Origin: Kiritimatiellia bacterium
Lineage (GTDB): Bacteria > Verrucomicrobiota > Kiritimatiellia > CAIKKV01 > CAITUY01
Length of the DNA stretch: 64,000 nt
Reading direction: 5' to 3'
NCBI GenBank assembly: GCA_038330175.1
Contig: JBBQNS010000001.1
Coordinates: 15,552-79,551, forward strand
In this document: piece after piece, positions 55,965-64,000 of the stretch
Layout of the letters: every line of letters begins with the position of its first letter
Position numbering within the stretch: position 1 is the stretch's first letter
Translations under genes and position numbers: made by a program
The notes under the pieces: generated by a model
Told to the model about the DNA's origin: nothing
The model's input: only the letters and a program-made list of their open reading frames with translations
The model's database searches: none

Positions 55965-57211
55965 AAATGAATGAACACCACCTGACCTACTGCTTGAATG
56001 TTCATCCAGGTGAGACATGGACTGAAAATCTAGCCGCCATACAGACGCATGCCTTAGCCATTCGGGATCACGTCTCATCACGCGCCCCCTTTGGACTGGG
56101 CTTGCGAATCAGTCAGCAGGCGGCCACCACGCTACGCCGTCCCGAGCCCTTGGCCGATTTCAAGAGGTTCATGGCTGAACAAAATCTCTATGCCTTTACG
56201 ATCAACGGGTTCCCTTATGGTGCCTTTCATACCAAGCCGGTAAAAACCGCTGTTTATCAACCCGACTGGGCCTCCCGCAAACGGCTCGATTACACCTTAG
56301 CTCTGGCACAGATTCTGTCATCGCTACTCCCAGACGGAATGGACGGCAGCATCAGCACCCTGCCACTCGGGTATAAATACACGCCCGGAAGCGACGCGGT
56401 TGCTTGCCCCACCGCTGAGATGGTTCAGCATCTTGCAGAATGCGCGGCCGCATTGCATGAAATTCATTTGAAAACCGGCAAGGAAATACATATCGGACTC
56501 GAACCCGAGCCTGACTGCATTCTTGAGACCACCACAGAAGTTATCCAGTTTTTTGAAAACCAGTTGATGCCGCAAGGGATCCCTTATCTGACATCACGGT
56601 TTTCATGTACCCAGGCCGAAGCAGAAACCCTTTTGCGCAAGCATATCGGCATCTGCTTTGACACCTGCCATCTGGCGCTCCAATTCGAGGAGTTGGGGGG
56701 TAGCCTGAATCGACTAGCCCGACATGGCATTCGGATTTCCAAAGTGCAATTGAGTTCTGCGCTTGAAGTCACACCTACGCCTCTCGCCAGAGCGAGATTG
56801 CATGATTTTCTCGACCCCGTCTATCTGCACCAGGTCAAAGCGTTATTACTCAATCAAGACGTAGAGGCCCGTGCCGCCATCCCACCGCCCCCATCAATCA
56901 TCCTCGATCGATATTCGGATTTGGACGAAGCGTTAACGTCAGCAGAACTTCAGAACCCGCCCACAGCACTCTGGCGCATTCATTTTCATGTTCCTTTGAA
57001 TTTTACAGGGAAGGGCGCTCTTCATTCGACGGCCGCCACCATGGATGCACATTTCTGGGATCAGCTTAATAGCCTGAAAATCAAACATCTGGAAATCGAA
57101 ACTTACACATTTCATGTATTGCCCCTGGCCCTGCAAACGGGGGGGGTGGTAGCCAGCACGATCCGTGAATACGAATGGGTGCTCAACAAGATGAAAAAGG
57201 CTCATCAATAA
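55961..57211 (+). CDS. eboE: Xylose-isomerase-like TIM-barrel protein (EboE-like)
   Basis: N-terminal HHLTYCLNVHPGETW and a 416-aa length. ATGA overlap with the upstream DHQS-like gene. Last of the four-gene core found together in ebo/EDB clusters. Confidence 0.55.
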   Translation: MKMNEHHLTYCLNVHPGETWTENLAAIQTHALAIRDHVSSRAPFGLGLRISQQAATTLRRPEPLADFKRFMAEQNLYAFTINGFPYGAFHTKPVKTAVYQPDWASRKRLDYTLALAQILSSLLPDGMDGSISTLPLGYKYTPGSDAVACPTAEMVQHLAECAAALHEIHLKTGKEIHIGLEPEPDCILETTTEVIQFFENQLMPQGIPYLTSRFSCTQAEAETLLRKHIGICFDTCHLALQFEELGGSLNRLARHGIRISKVQLSSALEVTPTPLARARLHDFLDPVYLHQVKALLLNQDVEARAAIPPPPSIILDRYSDLDEALTSAELQNPPTALWRIHFHVPLNFTGKGALHSTAATMDAHFWDQLNSLKIKHLEIETYTFHVLPLALQTGGVVASTIREYEWVLNKMKKAHQ

Positions 57212-57213
57212 GC

Positions 57214-58590
57214 TTAGAGCGCAGGAGGCAAGCGAAGCGACGCATTCAGTAAAGGAACATCAGCCAGAACTTTACCCGCTGCTATTCCGCCCAGCTTCAG
57301 CAGTTTCTCCCCACTGGGCCGGACTCTCCGCTCATAGCTGCCGACAGCATCATTGAACGCATTGTTCGCTTTCTCCAAACCCTGCCGAATCTGTGCAAAG
57401 TGTTCGGTAAAGATCATTACACGGGAGTACAATTCCTGTGCCGCCTCCGCTATGGCCTGGGCATTTTCGGTCTGGGCATGCTGTTGCCAGCTCACACTCA
57501 CGGATCGTAACAAACCGATCAGCGAAGCGGGTGTAGCCAACATGATTTGTTTGCCAGCAGCCCAAACAATCAGATCCCGATCGCCTTCAAGCGCAGCACT
57601 GAACAGGGATTCCGCAGGGAGAAAGAGGACAACATAGTCAAGCGCTGTCGGAAACTCGTGCGGGTAATCGCGATCCGCAAGCGCCTTGATGGTGCCCTTC
57701 AATTTTACGGCATGATTCGCAAAGGCCTCGGCGCGCTTCACGGGATCGGCCGCTTCCATGGCATCGAGGAAATCCAGGTCCGGCACTTTAGCATCCACAA
57801 TGATCAACCGATCGCCGGGAAGCTTGACGATCAGATCCGGCTTGCTGTCGCCAGATTGCGCCTGTTCGACAAAGTCGCAATGCGCACTCATCCCCGCGGC
57901 TTCGACCACACGACGTAACGTTTCTTCTCCCCAACGGCCACGCGCCTGGTTCGAACTCAACACGCGACGAAGTTGCAAGGTTTCATTTGAAAGAGACTGG
58001 CTTTGCGTCGCCAACGTTTCAAGGTGCTTTTTCACTTCCCCAAGGGTAGTTGATTGCGAGGTTTCACTTTGCTGCAAACGCAACTGATAATTCTTCAATT
58101 GCTCTTCCAGCGGCTTGACCAGCGTCGCAATGGACTGCTGACGTTGAGCGAGATCCCCTTTTGCGGTTTCTTGGAACTTGGCTAGCGTTTCATTGGCAAG
58201 CCGCAAAAATTCAGGATGCGTTTGCTTGAGCGCATCAGCGCTCAAGGCCTTAAACGCTTCGCGGAGATCCAGAATCGCTTTGTCCTGTGCCAGGCGCGCT
58301 TCTTTGAGGGCCTGCTCATGAAGTTGACGTTGTTCCGTTAAATGCTTTTCTGCCGCCGCTTGATTGGCATCTGCCGAAGCACGGGCCGCTTGGGATGATG
58401 CCAATAACTCGCGGGTTTGCGTCAGCTCGCTCTCCCTCTGGATAATTTGCTGGCGTAACTCATTCTCAATACGGCTATCAGGTGCAGAAGCCGAAGCCCG
58501 GCGTTGCCCCAACAACCAGCCAATCAAAAGGCCAAGTAAGCCACCAATGGCCAAACCCATCAGGATATATAGTGCCGAATTCATAATCAA
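57214..58590 (-). CDS. rmuC: DNA recombination protein RmuC
   Basis: N-terminal TM anchor, a long coiled-coil (QQLRESELTQTRELL...) and the C-terminal RmuC nuclease-like domain (PDLIVKLPGDRLIIVDAKVP). Confidence 0.85.
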   Translation of the reverse strand: MIMNSALYILMGLAIGGLLGLLIGWLLGQRRASASAPDSRIENELRQQIIQRESELTQTRELLASSQAARASADANQAAAEKHLTEQRQLHEQALKEARLAQDKAILDLREAFKALSADALKQTHPEFLRLANETLAKFQETAKGDLAQRQQSIATLVKPLEEQLKNYQLRLQQSETSQSTTLGEVKKHLETLATQSQSLSNETLQLRRVLSSNQARGRWGEETLRRVVEAAGMSAHCDFVEQAQSGDSKPDLIVKLPGDRLIIVDAKVPDLDFLDAMEAADPVKRAEAFANHAVKLKGTIKALADRDYPHEFPTALDYVVLFLPAESLFSAALEGDRDLIVWAAGKQIMLATPASLIGLLRSVSVSWQQHAQTENAQAIAEAAQELYSRVMIFTEHFAQIRQGLEKANNAFNDAVGSYERRVRPSGEKLLKLGGIAAGKVLADVPLLNASLRLPPAL

Positions 58591-58629
58591 TAAACGTGCC
58601 AGTGCAGTGCCGGGATGTCAAGGGCAACG

Positions 58630-59784
58630 TCAGGCCAACTTCCGACCCTGCGCCAAAGAAAAGGAAGGAAAATAGAGCCACAAATGGCTGGCCCGCTCAT
58701 GCTGGCCGAAGCAGATCTCACCGCCGGCCATCGTCAAGGCACTGCGAAAGTGATAGCCGTATTGTCGAACCGAGAGCGTCGAGACTGGCACGCCCAAGTC
58801 GGCCAAGGCGCCGGTGGCCGGATCATAAACAAACAGGTGACCAATGTCTTCTGTTGTGCCTGCCATGCCGTAAACGCGACCGTCGTGGCTGACCGTTAGA
58901 CAGTGGATCTCATCGAGGCGGGTGGGTTTACCCAGTGGCGTCATCTGCCGGGTCTCCGGATTGAACTTGAAGAAAAACCCATCGGGACTTGTGCCGCCAT
59001 AGATCAGGCCGCTAACCGGATCGACCGCCCAGGCCGAGACGGTGGAATGTGCCTCGCGACCAGCGGCGCAAAGGACGCGCGGGCCCGAAAACACCAGTTG
59101 GCAACTCTGCGGATCGTAGTGCCAGAGATTAGCGGAACCGCTCGTGCCCCACACACGTCCACCACGATCCAACACCATTCGTGACGAGAAAAAAGGCCGG
59201 TGCGGTCTATCCAGCGACTTTGGTGGCGGATCGACAGGCCCCACCACCTCGACTGCGGGGTGCTCAGCCGTCAGATTCAGCATGAAAAACTGGCCGTCGC
59301 CCTCGCAAAGGCCGTACAACCGGCCCTCGGGGGTGAAGACGGCGCCCGTCACACGCCGGTTTGCACACAGGTCACAGACTTTGATGAACTCGCTGCGGGC
59401 CATCCCCCACTCCTGAATAAGAAAGGCGGCAAGCTCCAGCCGAGGATGGCGCCACAAGGCGCTACCAAGGGGCCCAGAGGCGACGAAATAAACCCATTCC
59501 TCGCCGATGCCAATAGCGTCGACACGGTCGGCGTCGGGAATGACGCCAAGATCCTGAATAACACCGCTGTCGGCATGGGTCGCCGCCACCATGGCGTGCG
59601 CCGCCCTGCCACTCGTGCCCAGATAAATCGCCATATTAGCCGCATCCTCCGCCAGAGCGCCGATCAAAGTCTCGTCAGCGGGCGGCGGCAGCGATTGCCC
59701 CGGAAAACACAAAGGCAGCGCCAACATAATGCCATCGCTCACAAAGTCACCAGTTCGTTTCGTCGAATATGAATTCATCTTCAA
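58630..59784 (-). CDS. Hypothetical beta-propeller-like protein. A paralogue of the next gene.
   Basis: Repeated G-rich blade-like segments (GRLYGLCEGDG, GRVWGTSGS, GLIYGGTSPDG, GRVYGMAGT). No known family recalled. Confidence 0.45.
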   Translation of the reverse strand: MKMNSYSTKRTGDFVSDGIMLALPLCFPGQSLPPPADETLIGALAEDAANMAIYLGTSGRAAHAMVAATHADSGVIQDLGVIPDADRVDAIGIGEEWVYFVASGPLGSALWRHPRLELAAFLIQEWGMARSEFIKVCDLCANRRVTGAVFTPEGRLYGLCEGDGQFFMLNLTAEHPAVEVVGPVDPPPKSLDRPHRPFFSSRMVLDRGGRVWGTSGSANLWHYDPQSCQLVFSGPRVLCAAGREAHSTVSAWAVDPVSGLIYGGTSPDGFFFKFNPETRQMTPLGKPTRLDEIHCLTVSHDGRVYGMAGTTEDIGHLFVYDPATGALADLGVPVSTLSVRQYGYHFRSALTMAGGEICFGQHERASHLWLYFPSFSLAQGRKLA

Positions 59785-59813
59785 GTTCCCTTATATTGGT
59801 CAGCCGTCTCTAC

Positions 59814-61043
59814 TCAACCCCAAGTCCGCAGGGGAAGATGCACACCTGTTCCGGCGGCTGGCATCGGTACGCGGGAGAGCCCCACAGGAATCGGACGGTT
59901 CACTTGCCCAAAAAAGAGGTTGCCAAACTTGTCGCGGGCGCCCCGTGAGACGTAGTTGCCGAAGGATCCTGGCTTCAGTAGCCGCACGAAGTCTCGCTTC
60001 TCACCCGTGCGCACATCCATCTGCACGACTACGGTCTCCATCAGGCCCTTGGCATCATGCTCGCATTGACGGAATTCTGCGCCGTCTTGCCAGCGGGTGA
60101 TCGCAAAATAAAGTTTGCCGTCGGTTCCAAAGACCAGCCCACCACAATGGTCGAGATAGAAGGCCACTGGCATGGTGAGGTCGCGCCGCTGGTGCACCGG
60201 CCCTAGATCTTCCATCCGTCCGAACTCCCCCTCCTCCGGCCAATAGCGAAAGAGGTGCGGATCAACTGTCCAAGGTACACCGTATACACAGTCACCCTCC
60301 GGCGAGGCCACCACGTCATAAAAAACGCTGTGCCAACCGTCGAGATACGGGGCGTGCGGCACACGGACGGGGATCTCCAGAAGCCGGTCGGTCTCGGGGT
60401 CGTAACGAACGAGCTGGCCATCGCCATTAGTGGTAAAGGCCCGGCCACGACGATCGGTGAAGACCACTTGGGAGTTCACTGAACCCAGACGCCCAAGATC
60501 GCGGATGGTGCGTTTGTCCAGGTCGAAGATCCAAAAATGATCCCGTGGGTAAGACACGGCGTAGAGGCGACGGCGCGCAGCATCGAGAGCCAGGCAGCGG
60601 CAGCCCTCGCGCGGAATGAACGCACTCGTCCAGGCAACGGTATCAGTTTTCGTGTCGAAGGCGATAAGCACCGAGTGAGGAAAAGAACGGCGGTCATCCT
60701 TCCAGTCGCTCCACGGCGAATAGCGCCGCACCCCCATGCCGGGCGCACTCAAGTGTGTGGCCATGTAGAGAATGCCATCTTCGGCTGACGGCGCGAAGCT
60801 GTAGTGGATCTTACACTGCGACGCGCGCCCGGTGTTACCGGGCTCGCCTGCCGCCTCGGCCACGTTCAAAACGGTATCAAGGCTGTCGGTGGCGTCGTTG
60901 TAGCGAACGATCTTGGCCTCGCCGCCGCCGGCGTATTCGCAACAAGAAGCGGCATAGATACGCCCATCGGGTCCGGTGTGCAGACTCCAGCAACTGTCCG
61001 AGGCGGGCTGATGCTCAAATTGATAAAATCTCGCTGTTGTCAT
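59814..61043 (-). CDS. Hypothetical beta-propeller-like protein. A paralogue of 58630–59784.
   Basis: Similar periodic motifs (GRIYAASCCEYAGGG, DGILYMATH, GKLYFAITRWQDG) and shared YDPxTxxL segments with its neighbour. Confidence 0.45.
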   Translation of the reverse strand: MTTARFYQFEHQPASDSCWSLHTGPDGRIYAASCCEYAGGGEAKIVRYNDATDSLDTVLNVAEAAGEPGNTGRASQCKIHYSFAPSAEDGILYMATHLSAPGMGVRRYSPWSDWKDDRRSFPHSVLIAFDTKTDTVAWTSAFIPREGCRCLALDAARRRLYAVSYPRDHFWIFDLDKRTIRDLGRLGSVNSQVVFTDRRGRAFTTNGDGQLVRYDPETDRLLEIPVRVPHAPYLDGWHSVFYDVVASPEGDCVYGVPWTVDPHLFRYWPEEGEFGRMEDLGPVHQRRDLTMPVAFYLDHCGGLVFGTDGKLYFAITRWQDGAEFRQCEHDAKGLMETVVVQMDVRTGEKRDFVRLLKPGSFGNYVSRGARDKFGNLFFGQVNRPIPVGLSRVPMPAAGTGVHLPLRTWG

Positions 61044-61105
61044 AAATGATTAAACCTTCAACCCTTAACGGGTGTGACTGAAATCGATGGGTGCATTATC
61101 CGTTC

Positions 61106-61165
61106 TGACCTTCGCGTGTTTTCTTTCAAAATCCTTGCATTCCCGCTGAGGGGTTGCAAATAAAA
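61106..61165 (+). promoter_or_regulatory. Copy of the conserved upstream block (CTTCGCGTGTTTTCTTTCAAAATCCTTGCATTCCCGCTGAGGGGTTGCAAATAAA), ~140 bp upstream of the GH18 gene
   Basis: ~75 % identity to 50042–50097, which lies upstream of the ECF sigma operon. Confidence 0.4.
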
Positions 61166-61301
61166 AAACCAACGATCACAAATGCGCCCAAACAGGGATG
61201 CCAGAATTTACCCAAAATAGCTAGGCACGCTAACTGCTACTTAACTTATTCATGCGAAACAGGGAGTTATTTCAGGGCAACATTATCAAAGGAAAGAATC
61301 A

Positions 61302-62951
61302 ATGAATTCAAGCATACAAACCGCATTATGTCTGAAGAATCGGGATTTGTTTCTCAAATCAAAAACAATTCGTTACGCCTCGCTCTGTTTCTCGTTTTTA
61401 AGAAAGGCTGTATTTGGAGCGCTCTTGTTGGCCGTAACAAGCGGAACGGCGTTCAGTCAAATTGTTGCGGGTTATTATGCTGACTATACCGTTTCCGAAT
61501 ATCCGCCTTCGGCTATCCCTATGCAAAATCTGACGCATATTATGCATGCTTTTGCCTGGCCAAATGCCGATGGATCAATTTCGTATCCACAGGGGTTTCT
61601 GACCCCCGTTCCCGAGCTCACTCAGCGCGCTCACGCGGCAGGTAAAAAGGTCCTGTTGTCATTGGGGGGGTATAGCGATTCACTTGGATTCCCTGCAATG
61701 GCAGCCAATTCAAATGCTCGGGCAAAATTTGTGACGGCCCTGACGACATTTTGTCTTGCGAATCACTATGATGGGGCCGATCTAGACTGGGAATACCCAT
61801 CGAGTGCCACTGATTGTCAGAATCTGACCCTTTTGGTACAGGACATCAGGGCCTATTGGAAGCAAGCAGCGCCTGCCTTATTGCTCACCATGACCATCCA
61901 GGCCGATGATTGGCGCGGTAAATATTACGATGTCGCCACTCTGCACCCTTTATTGGATTGGATCGGCGTAATGACCTACTGCTATTATGGCTCATGGTCC
62001 GGGATTTCCGGGCATAATGCGCCTCTTTACTCTAACCCCTTGGATCCGATGGATGCTGGCTCAATCGACCAAAGTATCCGCCAATACTTCCATGACAAAC
62101 GGGGTGTTCCTTACAATAAATTGGTGTCGGGGATCGCATTTTATGGATTGGCTTTTACCGGGACCACCCAGCTCTATCAGCCTGCAGGCGGTGGCACGGC
62201 TTGCGAATACAAAGATTTGGTGGGTCTCAATTACACCTACAACTGGGATAGTGTCGCTCAAGTACCTTATCTGACCACTCCCAATAATGGGAAAATGATT
62301 ATTCCTTTTGATGACCCGGTATCGGCGCGCCTGAAATGTCAGTACACCAAAAAGCAAGGTTTGGCAGGAATCATGATCTGGGAATTGAGCCAGGACGTGG
62401 TCGCTATTGGCAACCAGCCGCTCCTCAGTGCCATTGGTTCAGAAATGTTGGCCCTCACCCCGCCGCCTCCGCCGCCCCCACCGCCGCCGCCGCCCGCAAC
62501 GCCCGTAAATGATTACGCAACAGGTGAAATACGAAGCGCAGGCACCCTTTCAGGCTCAGTGTCAGCCTTGCTCACGTCTGACAATGTCTATGAGTCGCTT
62601 AAAGAAGTACTTTCAAGTGGGACCTACAAAAAACAGTATTCCTATCTGAGCCACACATGGACTTTCAATGTCACTGGCGGAAATACCGTAGTCTTCACTG
62701 TCCAGGCGCACCATTCATCTAATAGCGAGAATGATCACTTTGCCTTCTCTTACTCGACAGATAACGTAAACTTTAAATCCATGCTGACCGTTACCAAAAC
62801 GAAGGACAATAACAGCAACCAAACGTTTTCATTGCCCCCCACCCTGAAGGGGAAAGTCTATATCCGAGTCACAGACACGAATCAATCGGCGGGTAAAAAA
62901 TCATTGGACACGCTGTATATCGACCAAATGTATATCCAATCTTCGCCGTAA
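61302..62951 (+). CDS. Glycoside hydrolase family 18 (chitinase-like), with a poly-proline linker and a C-terminal beta-rich domain
   Basis: GH18 catalytic motif DGADLDWEYP. The hydrophobic signal-like segment AVFGALLLAVTSGTAFSQ lies ~35 aa from the annotated start. A (P)13 linker is present. AAGGAAAG RBS. Confidence 0.85.
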   Translation: MNSSIQTALCLKNRDLFLKSKTIRYASLCFSFLRKAVFGALLLAVTSGTAFSQIVAGYYADYTVSEYPPSAIPMQNLTHIMHAFAWPNADGSISYPQGFLTPVPELTQRAHAAGKKVLLSLGGYSDSLGFPAMAANSNARAKFVTALTTFCLANHYDGADLDWEYPSSATDCQNLTLLVQDIRAYWKQAAPALLLTMTIQADDWRGKYYDVATLHPLLDWIGVMTYCYYGSWSGISGHNAPLYSNPLDPMDAGSIDQSIRQYFHDKRGVPYNKLVSGIAFYGLAFTGTTQLYQPAGGGTACEYKDLVGLNYTYNWDSVAQVPYLTTPNNGKMIIPFDDPVSARLKCQYTKKQGLAGIMIWELSQDVVAIGNQPLLSAIGSEMLALTPPPPPPPPPPPPATPVNDYATGEIRSAGTLSGSVSALLTSDNVYESLKEVLSSGTYKKQYSYLSHTWTFNVTGGNTVVFTVQAHHSSNSENDHFAFSYSTDNVNFKSMLTVTKTKDNNSNQTFSLPPTLKGKVYIRVTDTNQSAGKKSLDTLYIDQMYIQSSP

Positions 62952-62975
62952 GGCGGTTTTGCAAAGCCTTCGGCC

Positions 62976-63069
62976 TAGACAGTCACTACCGGCGGAGACC
63001 GCCGGCTCCAAAAATTGAGAACTGGAGCTATCCTATTATATTCTGGAGCCGGCGGTCCCCGCCGGTAGC
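62976..63069. repeat. Short (~95-bp) variant of the MITE/REP-like element: CTACCGGCGGAGACCGCCGGCTCC - 35-nt loop - GGAGCCGGCGGTCCCCGCCGGTAG
   Basis: Same core palindrome as the other three copies. Located between the convergent ends of the GH18 gene and the URO-D-family gene. Confidence 0.65.
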
Positions 63070-63096
63070 CTTCCTTGGGTGCGAAACCAAACAGGC

Positions 63097-63963
63097 TCAT
63101 AGCCCTTCCACGTCCGGGGCCAATTTCCCATACTCACGAAACGCCGTGCACATGGCGGCGAGTTTCTCTGGGGTGTGCTGAATCACATCCGGCGTGCTGT
63201 AGGCCATGCTGACCAACCCGCCCTGGTGGTTGCCTAGGGTGGCGATCATCCGGCGGACATAGGCACGAATGTCATCGAGCGAGCCATTGATCATCGTCTG
63301 CTGGATATCGACGGGACACCAAAAAGCCAATTTTCCGCCGACAGCAGCATCGAGATTTTCTAAACCCATATTTTCCTGCTGGTCCTGCTGGATCACGTCT
63401 AGACCCCATGCCTGCAGCCGCGGCAACAGGGGCAGGATATAGCCGCAAGAGTGGAGCCAGACATCCATGCCGAGATCATGGGCCAGCTTCCAATTCTCCA
63501 TGTAGTGGGGCATGAAGAATTCCTCAATCAGATCGAAGCCCACCATCATACGATCCTGCAGACCCCAGTCATCGTAGCCCATAACACCGTCGCAACCGGC
63601 GGCATGCAGGCTGCGGATGGAGTCACGCTGGGCATCAGCGAGGCGCGCAATGAGAGCCTTGGTCTCGTCCGGATTCTCATAGTAGGCAATGAACAGATTG
63701 TCCAAGCCGAGCAGATTGTGGGCACCTTCATTGAGGCTCGAGACGGGCATGACGCCAAGGCAGTACTTGGGGTTAGCCGACGCATTATTGGCGCGGATGG
63801 CCTCGCGAGCGCCCTCGAAGTGCCGGGGGTTATTCTGGTCGGGAATGACGTATTCGGCTTGGCGGGCAATATCGGGAATCGGCAATGAGGTCTTCTCGCC
63901 ATGGTTCCCCTCGCCCACGGGCCGAGTCCAGGTCGTGCCCCATGCATCGATTTTGTGCTCCAA
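63097..63963 (-). CDS. Uroporphyrinogen-decarboxylase (URO-D)/MtaA-like family protein. The N-terminus probably lies beyond the window edge.
   Basis: C-terminal conservation typical of the URO-D fold (DIRAYVRRMIATLGNHQGGLVSMAYSTPDVIQHTPEKL). Only 288 aa are in the window, versus ~340 expected. Confidence 0.65.
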   Translation of the reverse strand: MEHKIDAWGTTWTRPVGEGNHGEKTSLPIPDIARQAEYVIPDQNNPRHFEGAREAIRANNASANPKYCLGVMPVSSLNEGAHNLLGLDNLFIAYYENPDETKALIARLADAQRDSIRSLHAAGCDGVMGYDDWGLQDRMMVGFDLIEEFFMPHYMENWKLAHDLGMDVWLHSCGYILPLLPRLQAWGLDVIQQDQQENMGLENLDAAVGGKLAFWCPVDIQQTMINGSLDDIRAYVRRMIATLGNHQGGLVSMAYSTPDVIQHTPEKLAAMCTAFREYGKLAPDVEGL

Positions 63964-64000
63964 ACCGTCGACCCCGACGGCCCACGGCTGCGGATCCGGC

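Noticed and set aside
59200-59772. 190-aa plus-strand ORF inside the β-propeller gene 58630–59784
   Set aside because: Antisense and Arg-rich. No motifs.
1-64000. Search for CRISPR arrays, rRNA or tRNA genes
   Set aside because: No short direct repeats with regular spacing, no rRNA-like conserved blocks and no tRNA cloverleaf candidates were recognised on either strand.

Overview
The window is a 64-kb chromosomal segment with about 55–60 % GC. Gene content suggests a PVC-superphylum-like bacterium (inference): many glycoside hydrolases, Gfo/Idh/MocA oxidoreductases, MORN and PQQ propeller proteins, and an anti-sigma factor fused to prenyltransferase/squalene-cyclase-type repeats. No rRNA, tRNA or CRISPR was seen.

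Main blocks, in order:
- 387–6765: a sugar-utilisation set (GntR-type regulator, two Gfo/Idh/MocA oxidoreductases, a BNR/sialidase-like hydrolase, an FAD oxidoreductase).
- 6780–7460: a decayed AbiEii fragment next to a complete MITE/REP-like palindromic element. Four copies of this repeat family occur in the window.
- 7701–10487: a large hypothetical gene broken across three frames.
- 10498–16794: a C30 (diapo)carotenoid-type cluster (CrtO-like acyltransferase, GT2, two CrtI/CrtN-family desaturases, aldehyde dehydrogenase) with no crtM in the window.
- 16800–21920: an AT-rich island holding a divergent AbiE-like nucleotidyltransferase pair, a PIG-L deacetylase, and a canonical AbiEi/AbiEii pair with a perfect inverted-repeat operator.
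- 21992–30577: a minus-strand run comprising a TatD-like hydrolase, an orphan YejB-type permease, gnd, an SDR, a LarA-like protein, an NAD-epimerase, an APH-like kinase and an aldose 1-epimerase.
- 30968–40425: a frameshifted MORN gene, a PQQ propeller, a small nucleotidyltransferase pair, a MATE exporter, a GH5/DUF5060 hydrolase, a two-gene PD-(D/E)xK-like nuclease plus 4-TM protein module, and MtfA.
- 40510–49832: a 24-bp perfect inverted repeat, a ~1045-aa GH106-like hydrolase, a QueG-like::LmbE fusion, folD–fhs, a BFN/UVR nuclease and a GNAT.
- 50199–57211: an ECF sigma / anti-sigma pair (anti-sigma has a prenyltransferase-repeat domain) followed by a tightly coupled eboC–eboF–eboD–eboE-like cluster (UbiA prenyltransferase, AP-superfamily phosphodiesterase, 3-dehydroquinate-synthase-like cyclase, TIM-barrel protein).
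- 57214–63963: rmuC, two paralogous beta-propeller hypotheticals, a GH18 chitinase, and a partial URO-D-family gene.

A ~60-bp conserved block lies upstream of both the ECF operon and the chitinase gene.
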